Below, piece after piece: positions 8,235 through 18,582 of a DNA stretch of 32,000 nt. The DNA is from Pyrobaculum aerophilum str. IM2 (GTDB lineage Archaea; Thermoproteota; Thermoprotei; Thermoproteales; Thermoproteaceae), in the NCBI RefSeq assembly GCF_000007225.1, contig NC_003364.1, positions 2,100,001 to 2,132,000 on the forward strand, read 5' to 3'. A program made the translations under genes and the position numbers. The notes below the pieces were generated by a model. That model saw only the letters and a list, made by a program, of their open reading frames with translations, ran no database searches and had not been told where the DNA came from. Within the stretch, counting starts at the first letter, position 1; every line of letters starts with the position of its first letter.

Positions 8235-8954
8235 CTATCCGATTTTAATATAGCGCCCGGAGGCGTTGTAGAGTGGCGTTCCAATTTTTAATTTAGACGT
8301 ATCAACGACCGTATTAATTACAAAGACACAGTTCTTCAAAGTGGGGCCTAGTACCTCGGTTTTCACCCCCACTTCTAACGGCACAACAGATATCCCTCGC
8401 GCGTCGCGGTGTTCAGATTTTATATAGATGCCGTCGGAAGCGAATAAGAAGGCAGAGTGGTTTAGTTCCGCGACTGGTTTACGAACGACGTAAGGCGGCA
8501 GGCTAAAATCATAAATAAAAGATAGGTAGCCAATTCCCCTTTCGGGATAGGCAACTAACACGGCTCGGTACCCATACGCCTCGTCTGTAAATGTCCTTAG
8601 ACCTTTTTTCACGCCACACAGACGTTTGAGGCCTGTTTCAAACGGCGCCTCTGGGTCAGGTTGGCCGGTAAACACCCGGCCTATAAATACAACAGCTGTC
8701 ATATTCCCCACGCGGCCAGCGGTTACGCATTTAAAATCGCTGGCGCTTATAGGCGGCGGCACTTTAATAACACCGCTATACTCACAAGGGCCATATACTA
8801 CTCCAGAAATATTTTCTACAGACATACATGCAACATTAAAATTTACATAACAAATTTTTTCATCCATAAAAAACATATATAAATAGTTAATGAAAAATGA
8901 AATAAAAATTAAAATAAAAAATAAAATTATCACTAATAAAAATAATCTATTCAT
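8235..8954 (-). CDS. N-terminally anchored hypothetical protein
   Basis: 239 aa; extremely A/T-rich 5' end encoding a TM segment (LFLLVIILFFILIFISFFINYLYMFF); no motif. Confidence 0.5.
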   Translation of the reverse strand: MNRLFLLVIILFFILIFISFFINYLYMFFMDEKICYVNFNVACMSVENISGVVYGPCEYSGVIKVPPPISASDFKCVTAGRVGNMTAVVFIGRVFTGQPDPEAPFETGLKRLCGVKKGLRTFTDEAYGYRAVLVAYPERGIGYLSFIYDFSLPPYVVRKPVAELNHSAFLFASDGIYIKSEHRDARGISVVPLEVGVKTEVLGPTLKNCVFVINTVVDTSKLKIGTPLYNASGRYIKIG

Positions 8955-9192
8955 AGTTGTAGAAAGAGGCTAAAACCCATGTGGCGTTTATCTCTACGGC
9001 TTCGGCCTCAACGCCAGCCTTAAGCAAGGCGTTAAGTATAGGCTTAATGTCGGTCTTGCTTATAACACAAGTGAAGTTGACGATGCCGTCATAACAAGTC
9101 AAAGGTTCGGAGGTTTTAATCACGTCGAAATGAGCCAAGGCGGCGATCTTTCCCCTGTGGTTACCGACGTAGTTTATAACTACCCGAGGCAA
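8947..9192 (-). CDS. hypothetical protein
   Basis: 81 aa, TTG start, 8-nt overlap with the downstream ORF; no motif. Confidence 0.3.
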   Translation of the reverse strand: MPRVVINYVGNHRGKIAALAHFDVIKTSEPLTCYDGIVNFTCVISKTDIKPILNALLKAGVEAEAVEINATWVLASFYNYE

Positions 9193-9480
9193 ATGCTCAC
9201 CAGAGCCAGCTTAGGCCAACTGATAAGCGGCTACTGCCACGAACACAGCTACTGACATTATATCTAACCGCCGTTTTCCGATCATATGTATTAAGACAAT
9301 CGGTATTTTTATTTTTTATTTCTACAAATTAATTAATGTAAAGACCGGGGTTATGCGAGGGATTTTCAGCGCCCGCCACTGCTGGGCAGGCTCTCGCCAC
9401 CGCGTCGGCGTGGGTTCAACTCGTCATTCGCACTATTTGCAGTGAGTGTATTTAAATTTTAGGTGTTGTGGACTGTTTAG

Positions 9481-11453
<1,973 letters not shown>

Positions 11454-11455
<2 letters not shown>

Positions 11456-12275
11456 GGTCAGTTCAATGTGTCAGATTTATAACAATTGTTTTTATAGGGA
11501 CGTGATTGACATAACGCTTTCTATAGCGGCGGCAGTTGCCTACGGCGTTGCGCCTCTAGTATACAGACCTGCTTTACAATGTACTAATCAGTTCAGAGCA
11601 ATGAGCGTGTTCTCCACTTATTCAATTCTCCTGGGCCTGCTCCTCCCCTGGGACGGCGCCTCTCTTGACGGCGTTTTATCGGCGGCCGCCGCCGCTTTAT
11701 TTGGCGGCGTGTTGGGATCATGGCTTTATGTAACAGCCGTTAAAATAGGGGGCGCTGCCGTGGGCAATATAAGTAGCTCGTTGTATGTAGTGTTGTTGCC
11801 CATCGCCGCAGGGAAGCTGGCCTTAATACCTGCTGCGCTGTTGGTGTTGTTAGGATCGGCAATTGCCTCTTCTTACGACGTGGTTGCTAAACGCGGGGCA
11901 TTTTACGGCGTAGTAGCCGCCTTCGTGTGGACGGGCTCTATTATGCTCTACGCGTCAGCTGTCCGCGCGCTAGGCCCGGGAGGGGCTTTGTTCACAAGAG
12001 GAGTAATAGTGCTCCTCGCCACATTGCTGTTGGGCTTTAACAAGCCCCTCTGTGAGGCGTGGCGCCTGGTAGTTGGGGGGTTTATAGACACCTTCATTGG
12101 GTTTGGGGCATATACTTCCGCTATTTTTTACGGCGACTATGTAAGCGCCACGCTTATTATGTCCTCCTATCCCCTAATTTCAGCGCTTTTAGAAAAGCCG
12201 TTTATGTGGAGGAGAGTTGCCGGGGCTTTGGCGGCAGTGGCCGGCCTCGTGTTAGTGGCTTTGACAAATAAATAA
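11454..12275 (+). CDS. polytopic membrane protein, DMT/EamA-like permease
   Basis: 273 aa, about 9-10 hydrophobic segments, Gly/Ala-rich; assignment by architecture only. Confidence 0.4.
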
Positions 12276-12279
12276 ATAG

Positions 12280-13047
12280 GTGTTGAATGCGGCCTTTGTG
12301 AAAATCGTTGTGACAAACGACGACGGTCCTCACTCCCCGCTGTTAGAGCCGTTGGTGAGAGGCCTTGAAGCCGTTGGCAATGAGGTCGTAGTGGTGGTGC
12401 CTGAAAGGCCTAGATCGGCCGCTGGCCTTGCCAGGACTTACCACAAGCCGTTGCGAGTGAGAAGGCTTGGGGGGTATTACGTAGTTAACGGCTTCCCTGC
12501 AGACGCTGTATTTTTGGCGTTGAAGCTCATAGCCCCAGACGCAGAGTTGGTAATATCTGGCGTCAACGTAGGAGAGAACATCGGCATAGAGGCTACTTAT
12601 GGTAGCGGGACCGTGGGCGCGGCCTTGCAAGCCGGCGTCTTGGGAGTCCCCTCAATAGCGGCCTCGATGGAGGTTGGAGGAGACGTGGATTTTATGATAA
12701 AAGTGGTGGAAGGGGCTGTGGCGTCGGCTAGGGCGGGGCTAGACGGCGTTTTGGCCGTCAGCATTAACATCCCAAGCGTGTGGAAAGGCGGCGTTTACTG
12801 CGTGAGAAAACTGGCGCGGGCGGTTTATAGGGAGAGGCTATACGAGGGAGTTGATCCAAGAGGCGAAAAATATTACTGGCGGTGGGGCCCCAGAAGATCT
12901 GAATTTGAACCTGACACCGACGCATATTATTTCTACTATATGCGCGGAGTAACTGTTCTAGGGCTCTCCGAGTCAGGCGTGGCGTCTGTTGAGAATTTCG
13001 GCAGAAAACTAGGCCAGCTTATTGGGGCTGTGAAAGTGGACTGTTAA
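12280..13047 (+). CDS. surE: 5'/3'-nucleotidase SurE
   Basis: IVVTNDDGPHSPLL and SGVNVGENIG motifs; 255 aa. Confidence 0.9.
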   Translation: MLNAAFVKIVVTNDDGPHSPLLEPLVRGLEAVGNEVVVVVPERPRSAAGLARTYHKPLRVRRLGGYYVVNGFPADAVFLALKLIAPDAELVISGVNVGENIGIEATYGSGTVGAALQAGVLGVPSIAASMEVGGDVDFMIKVVEGAVASARAGLDGVLAVSINIPSVWKGGVYCVRKLARAVYRERLYEGVDPRGEKYYWRWGPRRSEFEPDTDAYYFYYMRGVTVLGLSESGVASVENFGRKLGQLIGAVKVDC

Positions 13048-13164
13048 AGCCGAGGCTTGCTGACTCCCGCCGGTTTACCCACGGAAGCAAAGTGCGCCGT
13101 TTAGCTGGGGGAGTTGTAATGAGGACGTGCATAAGTCGGGGCCTAAAGAGAAATAAATGGGCAA

Positions 13165-13521
13165 TTGGGTGGCGCCATGGACGTTGTAAAAACTCTGAGG
13201 TATAAATTCGTGCGCTACTGTGTGAATAAAGCGTATGTGGATTTAAATCTAGAAGGCGTGCCCGCCGAAGTTGTAAACGTCTTAGACGACGTGGTAAATC
13301 AAATTAGAGACTTGGAGAGGCACATAGTTTCTTTTGAGTCTGCTGTTAGAGTTTTTAGGGCAGATTTGCCTGAGAAATTAAAGATATTAAAGGAGCGGGA
13401 TCCAGCATTAGCTAGGGCCTTTATAAAGAATTTAGTTAAATACTGCCTAGAGCTGGAGGAAGTGGCTGATTCAAAACTGAAAGATTATTTAGAGGAATTG
13501 TTAAGCAGTTTTAAAGACTAG
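13165..13521 (+). CDS. hypothetical helical protein, first gene of cluster
   Basis: 118 aa; 8-nt gap to the next ORF; no motif. Confidence 0.5.
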   Translation: MGGAMDVVKTLRYKFVRYCVNKAYVDLNLEGVPAEVVNVLDDVVNQIRDLERHIVSFESAVRVFRADLPEKLKILKERDPALARAFIKNLVKYCLELEEVADSKLKDYLEELLSSFKD

Positions 13522-13529
13522 AGAGATGA

Positions 13530-14735
13530 GTGAGAATTGTCTTAAACGCCCCTCCTGGCTTCGGCAAGTCGAGGCTAATTGCGAGATTGGCGTCGGGTAG
13601 AATATCTCTAGTGTTTGTAAGGAGCCATCTAGAGGGTCTGCAAATGGCCCAGTACGTCTCTGAGTTTGGAGGCGTGCCGGGGTTATTATTTGGGCGGAAG
13701 TCTCTGTGTCCTTTCGGGGCCGAGAACGCGGCGCAGTGTTTATGGCTTAGAGAGAGCGGGGCGTGCAAGGCGAAGTCCCGGAGGCCGCCCACATTAATTT
13801 TCGATATTGACGAGCTTTATAAAGCGGGGGTGTGTCCCTATGAGGCGCTACACGCCGAGGGCAGGGAGAAGAACGTAGTAATTCTGCCCATAGCCTATTT
13901 GTCAAAAGTCTCTAACATATCTGCAGTGGCTGATCTTTTTGAAAACGTAGAGTTCGTGGCGTTAGACGAGGCGCATAATTTACTCTCAGTGGTGGAGGTA
14001 AGCGACAGCGAGCTTTACTCTAAGAGATATTGCCAAGAAGAGGACGGCAGGCTTTGGTGTTTAGTACTGCCGCTAGCCGCCGAGGTGGTAAGGGGGGTGA
14101 GATTTATAATTGCGGCCAGCGCCTCTGTGGTTAGGTATTTCTCCGACTTTTTCACGCATTTTCTCAACGCCAAGTTTATAGAAATTAAAACCTTGCCGGG
14201 CGCGGAGAATTTAGAGGTTGAGCACATGCCGTTGAAAATCCGCTATACTACTCGTTTAAAAAAAGACTACGTAGAGGCGGTATTGGACAAGATAAGGGAG
14301 GTATATAAAGAATACAGGCGTGTAGTCGTCTACCTGCCTAATAAAGAACTCGCCAGTTATTACGCAAATAAACTATTAGACCTCCCAGTGTCAGACAAGC
14401 CGCTGGGCGATATAGATCACGTAATTGTCAGTTATTTCGGTTCTCCAATTTCTGAGGGAGTTAACTTAAACGTCAAGGCGGGGGTCTTAGTGGGATTCCC
14501 CATACCAAATGTCAAGAGCAAAGAGCTGTGGCTAAAAGTAAGGCTAATCCAGAGGCTGGGCTTTGACGGCTATAAATACGGAGTTCTATTCACCGCGGTA
14601 AATCACGTGGTACAAGCCGTGGGCAGGGTGTTAAGAGGCTTGGAAAGAGAGAGGAAGTACATCCTCCTTATAGACGACAGATTTGCCGAGTACAAGAGGC
14701 TCCTGCCTGAATATCTTTCAAAGGCGGTTAAGTAG
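13530..14735 (+). CDS. compact XPD/Rad3-like SF2 helicase with Fe-S cysteines
   Basis: Walker A APPGFGKS, DEAH box (LDEAHNL), motif VI QAVGRVLRG, four Cys C-x9-C-x8-C-x22-C between motifs I and II; only 401 aa. Confidence 0.7.
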   Translation: MRIVLNAPPGFGKSRLIARLASGRISLVFVRSHLEGLQMAQYVSEFGGVPGLLFGRKSLCPFGAENAAQCLWLRESGACKAKSRRPPTLIFDIDELYKAGVCPYEALHAEGREKNVVILPIAYLSKVSNISAVADLFENVEFVALDEAHNLLSVVEVSDSELYSKRYCQEEDGRLWCLVLPLAAEVVRGVRFIIAASASVVRYFSDFFTHFLNAKFIEIKTLPGAENLEVEHMPLKIRYTTRLKKDYVEAVLDKIREVYKEYRRVVVYLPNKELASYYANKLLDLPVSDKPLGDIDHVIVSYFGSPISEGVNLNVKAGVLVGFPIPNVKSKELWLKVRLIQRLGFDGYKYGVLFTAVNHVVQAVGRVLRGLERERKYILLIDDRFAEYKRLLPEYLSKAVK

Positions 14736-14756
14736 GTCTTAAAGTGGGGGATTTAC

Positions 14757-15638
14757 GTGTTAGAACTGGCTTTGTTATTGCTACTGCTGGCTTTTACGTT
14801 TAATGACGGCGTATTTATTGGAATTGGGAAAACAGGGCCTGTGGAAATACCGCTGGATAGGCATATAGTAATAACAGGCCCGACTAGAAGCGGCAAGACT
14901 AAACTCGCGAAGAAAATCGTGGCGAGGTCGGGGTTGCCGGCTCTTGTGCTTGATTGGCACGGCGAGTACGAAGGGCTATCAATAGATGCAAGAAAAATAA
15001 AAATTGACATTGAGAAATTTGATAAAAAATTACTAGTAGAGATTTTGGGCCTCTCTCTTAATCTAAACGAGCCAAGTATTTACTTCCTTTATAGGGCAAT
15101 ACGTAACCAAAAACTACGAGACATTAAAGACGTAGTTGCCGCGTTAGAGGACTTTTTAGTGGCCACGAGGAGCGAGGTGGAGATGAAGGCTGCAATTGCC
15201 AGAAGGCTTGAATACGTAATGGACGTGTTTGAAAAAGGCATTATACCGGTGGAGAAAATTTTTAAATATAAAAAGACTATTATTATTAATTTATCTAAAT
15301 TGAAATTATATGAAGAAAAAATATTAATATCACTATTTATATTATCATCTTTATATAATTACTTATTTGAGAAAGGGCCGTCTAAAAAAGTCGACAGGCT
15401 ACTCGTAGTAGACGAGGCGCAGAATATTTTAAAACGCGGCGATGTTGTGAAATACTTGGTTTTTGAAAGCGCCAAGTACGGCCTGAGATTAGTGCTTGTG
15501 AGTAACGAAATGCCCCCAGAGGATATACTAGTCCATGCAACTCTAGTGTTAACTCGCCCTCATTACGCATACAGTTTAAAAACTAAGAGGGCGGCGGTGA
15601 TCCGTGACAACACAATAAAAGAGTTATGGATAATATAG
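14757..15638 (+). CDS. mini HerA/DUF87-type P-loop ATPase
   Basis: Walker A GPTRSGKT, LDWHGEYEG (HerA-like D-HGEY), Walker B LLVVDEAQN; 293 aa. Confidence 0.7.
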   Translation: MLELALLLLLLAFTFNDGVFIGIGKTGPVEIPLDRHIVITGPTRSGKTKLAKKIVARSGLPALVLDWHGEYEGLSIDARKIKIDIEKFDKKLLVEILGLSLNLNEPSIYFLYRAIRNQKLRDIKDVVAALEDFLVATRSEVEMKAAIARRLEYVMDVFEKGIIPVEKIFKYKKTIIINLSKLKLYEEKILISLFILSSLYNYLFEKGPSKKVDRLLVVDEAQNILKRGDVVKYLVFESAKYGLRLVLVSNEMPPEDILVHATLVLTRPHYAYSLKTKRAAVIRDNTIKELWII

Positions 15639-15820
15639 AAAAAATATTGAGGGCTCTGGGTTTGAAAAAAGATGAAATTACTTCTTGTGATATCTATATT
15701 AACTATTTTATGCAATATTTAGCTAGTATTGAGAGGAAAATCGCTGAGTTAAAAAGCAAAGTTGATTACCTAGAGGAAAAATGCATTAAAAATGGAGAAG
15801 AAACCGATAACTCAGGCTAG
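15626..15820 (+). CDS. small coiled-coil protein; 3' end lies in DR2
   Basis: 64 aa; overlaps the upstream ORF by 13 nt; the C-terminal VDYLEEKCIKN is encoded by the repeat. Confidence 0.45.
   Translation: MDNIEKILRALGLKKDEITSCDIYINYFMQYLASIERKIAELKSKVDYLEEKCIKNGEETDNSG
15762..15810. repeat. direct repeat DR2, left copy (49 bp)
   Basis: 43/49 identical to 27107-27155 by hand alignment; the first 23 nt are perfect (TTGATTACCTAGAGGAAAAATGC). Confidence 0.8.
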
Positions 15821-15900
15821 TATAAAAAGGGAAAATCTCCGAGTTAACCTGTCGCGCCCTCCGTCATATCATGTCCCTGTAGTGTTGAATGGCTATATTG

Positions 15901-16004
15901 CCGTCCTCGAAAAATTTCTCAGAGGCTAAAAGCCAAGCTTTCCGACCTGGATAATTCAGGAAATAAAGCCGAAAAATTAGCGTTCAAGAATTCTTTCAGA
16001 ACGG
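15901..16004. repeat. ~105-bp dyad-symmetric module, copy C (most degenerate)
   Basis: CCGTCCTCGA-N5-TTCTCAGAG ... CCTGGATAATTCAGG ... TTCAAGAA-N5-TCAGAACGG; same architecture and spacing as copies A and B. Confidence 0.65.
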
Positions 16005-16033
16005 CATATCCGCAGGATCGAGCAGGAGTTAGG

Positions 16034-16046
16034 AAAAAAGGGGGGG
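16034..16046 (-). terminator. C7-T6 tract directly after the TnpB-like stop
   Basis: Minus strand reads CCCCCCCTTTTTT starting 2 nt after the TAA at 16048-16050. Confidence 0.3.
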
Positions 16047-16047
16047 T

Positions 16048-16950
16048 TTAAATTAATTCGGAGAACCGCCTCTGCGCCCACAGCGCCAACACTTTCTCCC
16101 TCGGCGCCTCAAAGCCGCACTGCTGACACCTCAGCTTCCTATCCGACAGCTCCCCCATTTCTATCCCACACCGGGGGCACACCGCGGAGTACAGCCTGTC
16201 CTCACGGTACGGCACTCCGTACCATGAGGCCAGCTCTCTAATCCGCCTCCTCAGCCTCTCCGCGTTGAGGCGGATTCCTCTGTCTGAGACCTGGCGGGGG
16301 TCTGGCACGCTTACCACAATCACCGCCTTGTTGCGCCTCGCCTCCATTACTAGCTTCTTCGCCGTTTCATCTTCAAACTGGCGCAAGATGTTTTTCACGC
16401 GTCTGCGGAGCGCCGCTACTCTTTCACAGTGGTCCTCCTCCCCGCTCGCACAGAGGGCCTCAAGGCGGGAGATTTCCCTCTGTATGCGGCCAATTTTCCC
16501 CAAGTCCGGCCTGTAGACGCCTTTTTGCAGTACGCGCTCCCCATCTACAGTCGCCCACACCACGCCGTTGTGTAGAGCGATGACATCAACTGCGGTTAGG
16601 CGGGTAGGCTGGTAGGGCTCCGTCTCTTTGGCGAATACCAGCGCCACGTTAAAGGTGAATAAGTCAGACCGCCCAGTGGGGCCCACCCAGGCGTAGGCCT
16701 CCTCCAGCCGGCCGCCCTCCTTCAGCCTCTGGAGTATCCCCCTCACTTCTGCCCTCCTCAGCCTTATTACAATTGCGCCTTCGCCCTGTCCAATTCTGAT
16801 CTCGCCCCCTTGGAGATCGACAGAGAACTGATCTCCGCGGAGTGCCACCCGCTTGTTGATACCCCCTTGCGCTCCCAGAAACTCCACCAGCTTCTCTGAC
16901 GGAATCTCCTCCACTTTTCTCCGTATAAGCACTGTTCTATACGCCATCAT
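16048..16950 (-). CDS. compact TnpB/IS605-OrfB-like protein with non-canonical RuvC residues
   Basis: LTAVDVIALHNG (RuvC-I-like Asp), helical RRRVKNILRQFEDETAKKLV, ELASWYGVPYREDRLYSAVCPRCG-x13-CQQCG Zn finger in the family-typical position; 300 aa. Confidence 0.6.
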   Translation of the reverse strand: MMAYRTVLIRRKVEEIPSEKLVEFLGAQGGINKRVALRGDQFSVDLQGGEIRIGQGEGAIVIRLRRAEVRGILQRLKEGGRLEEAYAWVGPTGRSDLFTFNVALVFAKETEPYQPTRLTAVDVIALHNGVVWATVDGERVLQKGVYRPDLGKIGRIQREISRLEALCASGEEDHCERVAALRRRVKNILRQFEDETAKKLVMEARRNKAVIVVSVPDPRQVSDRGIRLNAERLRRRIRELASWYGVPYREDRLYSAVCPRCGIEMGELSDRKLRCQQCGFEAPREKVLALWAQRRFSELI

Positions 16951-16998
16951 GACTCTTCCTCCGCACTCCCAATTTTGAACAATTTTTCACCGCATGCT

Positions 16999-17101
16999 TT
17001 CCTGAATCCGGTTCTGAGCGGCGGTTTTTGCGCCTTAGCGTCCTGAAAAATTCAGGAAACAGAGGCGGGAAAAACCGGCTCAGGAGGGGGCTCAGGAGAC
17101 G
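16999..17101. repeat. ~105-bp dyad-symmetric module, copy A
   Basis: TTCCTGAA-N5-TTCTGAG ... CCTGAAAAATTCAGG ... CTCAGGAG-N5-TCAGGAGACG; right arm overlaps the ATPase stop codon (17092-17094). Confidence 0.7.
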
Positions 17102-18582
17102 TCCTCTGGCCGGGCCAGCCGGATGAAGATCGGCGCCCTCCCGCCGAACCGGACAACGGCGTGGCGCTCCCCCGGTAGCGACTCGGTGGCCACCCTCTCC
17201 AGCACGGAGCGGTCTATCTGCACGGCGCGGGACACCCTCTCCAGCTGCTCCGGCGCTATCGCCAGCACGGCCTTGGTGTCCGAGTTGGCGATGATGGTGG
17301 AGAGCGGCCCGAACTCCTGGACGTCCTGGCTTATGGCCACGAGCCTGACCCCGAACTTCCTGAGGCCGCGCCACGCCAGCGCCAGCGCCTCTAAGTTGCG
17401 GAGCAGCAGGTGGGCCTCGTCTATGTAGATCTCCAGCTTCGGCCCGCAGGACGGCCTGGGGCACGCCCGCTTGGCCCACAGCGCGTATGCGAACAGCCAC
17501 GAGACGAGCCTCATGACGGAGGCGGGGCCCTCGTCCCCGTACGTGGTCACCGCCACCGCGCCAGACGTGGCGAGCCCCGCGGGCCTGGCCCGGGCCAGGG
17601 ACTTCAACCGGCCGTAGATGGAGTCGACGGCCATGGCGCTGAGGGGGTCCCGGATCCTCGCGAGCGCGCCGACCAGCCCGGCGAGGTCGGCGGAGCCCCC
17701 GGCCCTCTCCAGGGCGTTGAGGATCACCGTGTAGTGCACGTCGTGCACCGCCACGCCGGCGGCCCTCAGTATGTCCAGGAGGAGGTCGGCGTCTGAGGGG
17801 CCCTCCTCGCCGCTGTCGGCCGAGAATGCCATCTCCGGTATGTGTTTCCTGGCGTCGATCACGGCCGTGGCGACGTCGGCCCAGTGCCCGTGGGGATCTA
17901 TGGCCACCACTAGCCTCCCCAGCCGCCTGGCCTGTGCGGCCTGGGCCTTCGCCCACGTGGTCTTGCCAGATCCCGTCTTGCCGATCACCACGGCGTGGGG
18001 GCTCTCCAGCTGGTAGGGATCCATGCAGACCTCCCTCCCCCTGTCGTCCCAGCCCAGCCTGTACGCAGAGGGGCCGCACTGGAAGGGCAACAGCATGAAG
18101 GCATAGGGGGTGAACTCCGCGAGGTCGAAGGTCAGGGCGTCCACGGTGCTGGGCCTCCCCACGGTGAAGGCTAAGGGCCTCCCGTCCACCACCCCCGCAA
18201 CCGCGAAGGCCTCCTCCCTCAGGTGGACGATCCTGTGCCTCACCGCCGCCACCTCCTCGGCCCGCATCATGCGGACTCGGCTGAGGAGGACCGCCGCCAT
18301 GTGCTCCTGCCGGAGGGCCCGCTTCGTGATCCTCTGCAGGAAGCCCCTGTTGGGCGCCCAGGTCACCAGCGCCCTGCTGACCATCAGCTGGGAGACCTTC
18401 GCGATCGAGTGCACCTCCTCGGGGCGCAGGAGGGCGAAGAGGGAGTCGTTGGCCTCCAGGCCCCGCCCGGCGGCTGGCGTCCCCGCGTCCGACGCCAGGA
18501 GGAGGAGGTAGGCCAGGGCCCCGAGGACGGCGCCGGGGAGGGAGGCGGTGGCGGCGTGCACCTGGGATCGCCTGGCGGGCAT
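17092..18582 (-). CDS. HerA/VirB4-like (DUF87-type) ATPase with N-terminal hydrophobic anchor
   Basis: Walker A GKTGSGKT, AIDPHGHW, Walker B EIYIDEAHLL; N-terminal LPGAVLGALAYLLLLA; alternative start at Met67 (18384) forms a TGATG stop-start overlap with the upstream ORF. Confidence 0.8.
   Translation of the reverse strand: MPARRSQVHAATASLPGAVLGALAYLLLLASDAGTPAAGRGLEANDSLFALLRPEEVHSIAKVSQLMVSRALVTWAPNRGFLQRITKRALRQEHMAAVLLSRVRMMRAEEVAAVRHRIVHLREEAFAVAGVVDGRPLAFTVGRPSTVDALTFDLAEFTPYAFMLLPFQCGPSAYRLGWDDRGREVCMDPYQLESPHAVVIGKTGSGKTTWAKAQAAQARRLGRLVVAIDPHGHWADVATAVIDARKHIPEMAFSADSGEEGPSDADLLLDILRAAGVAVHDVHYTVILNALERAGGSADLAGLVGALARIRDPLSAMAVDSIYGRLKSLARARPAGLATSGAVAVTTYGDEGPASVMRLVSWLFAYALWAKRACPRPSCGPKLEIYIDEAHLLLRNLEALALAWRGLRKFGVRLVAISQDVQEFGPLSTIIANSDTKAVLAIAPEQLERVSRAVQIDRSVLERVATESLPGERHAVVRFGGRAPIFIRLARPEDVS

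Noticed and set aside
9340-9450. GC-rich patch with GGGTTCAACTC in the long pyrG upstream intergenic region, a possible tRNA or other structured RNA
   Set aside because: I could not build a T-arm (no complement to GTGGG after the loop) or an acceptor stem on either strand, so there is no support beyond the composition.
16937-18079. 380-aa minus-strand ORF overlapping the ATPase in another frame; the same applies to 21437-22381 (314 aa) and the plus-strand ORFs 17123-18669
   Set aside because: Arg/Gly/Pro-dominated sequences with no motifs. The competing frame carries clear Walker A/B motifs or signal peptides.
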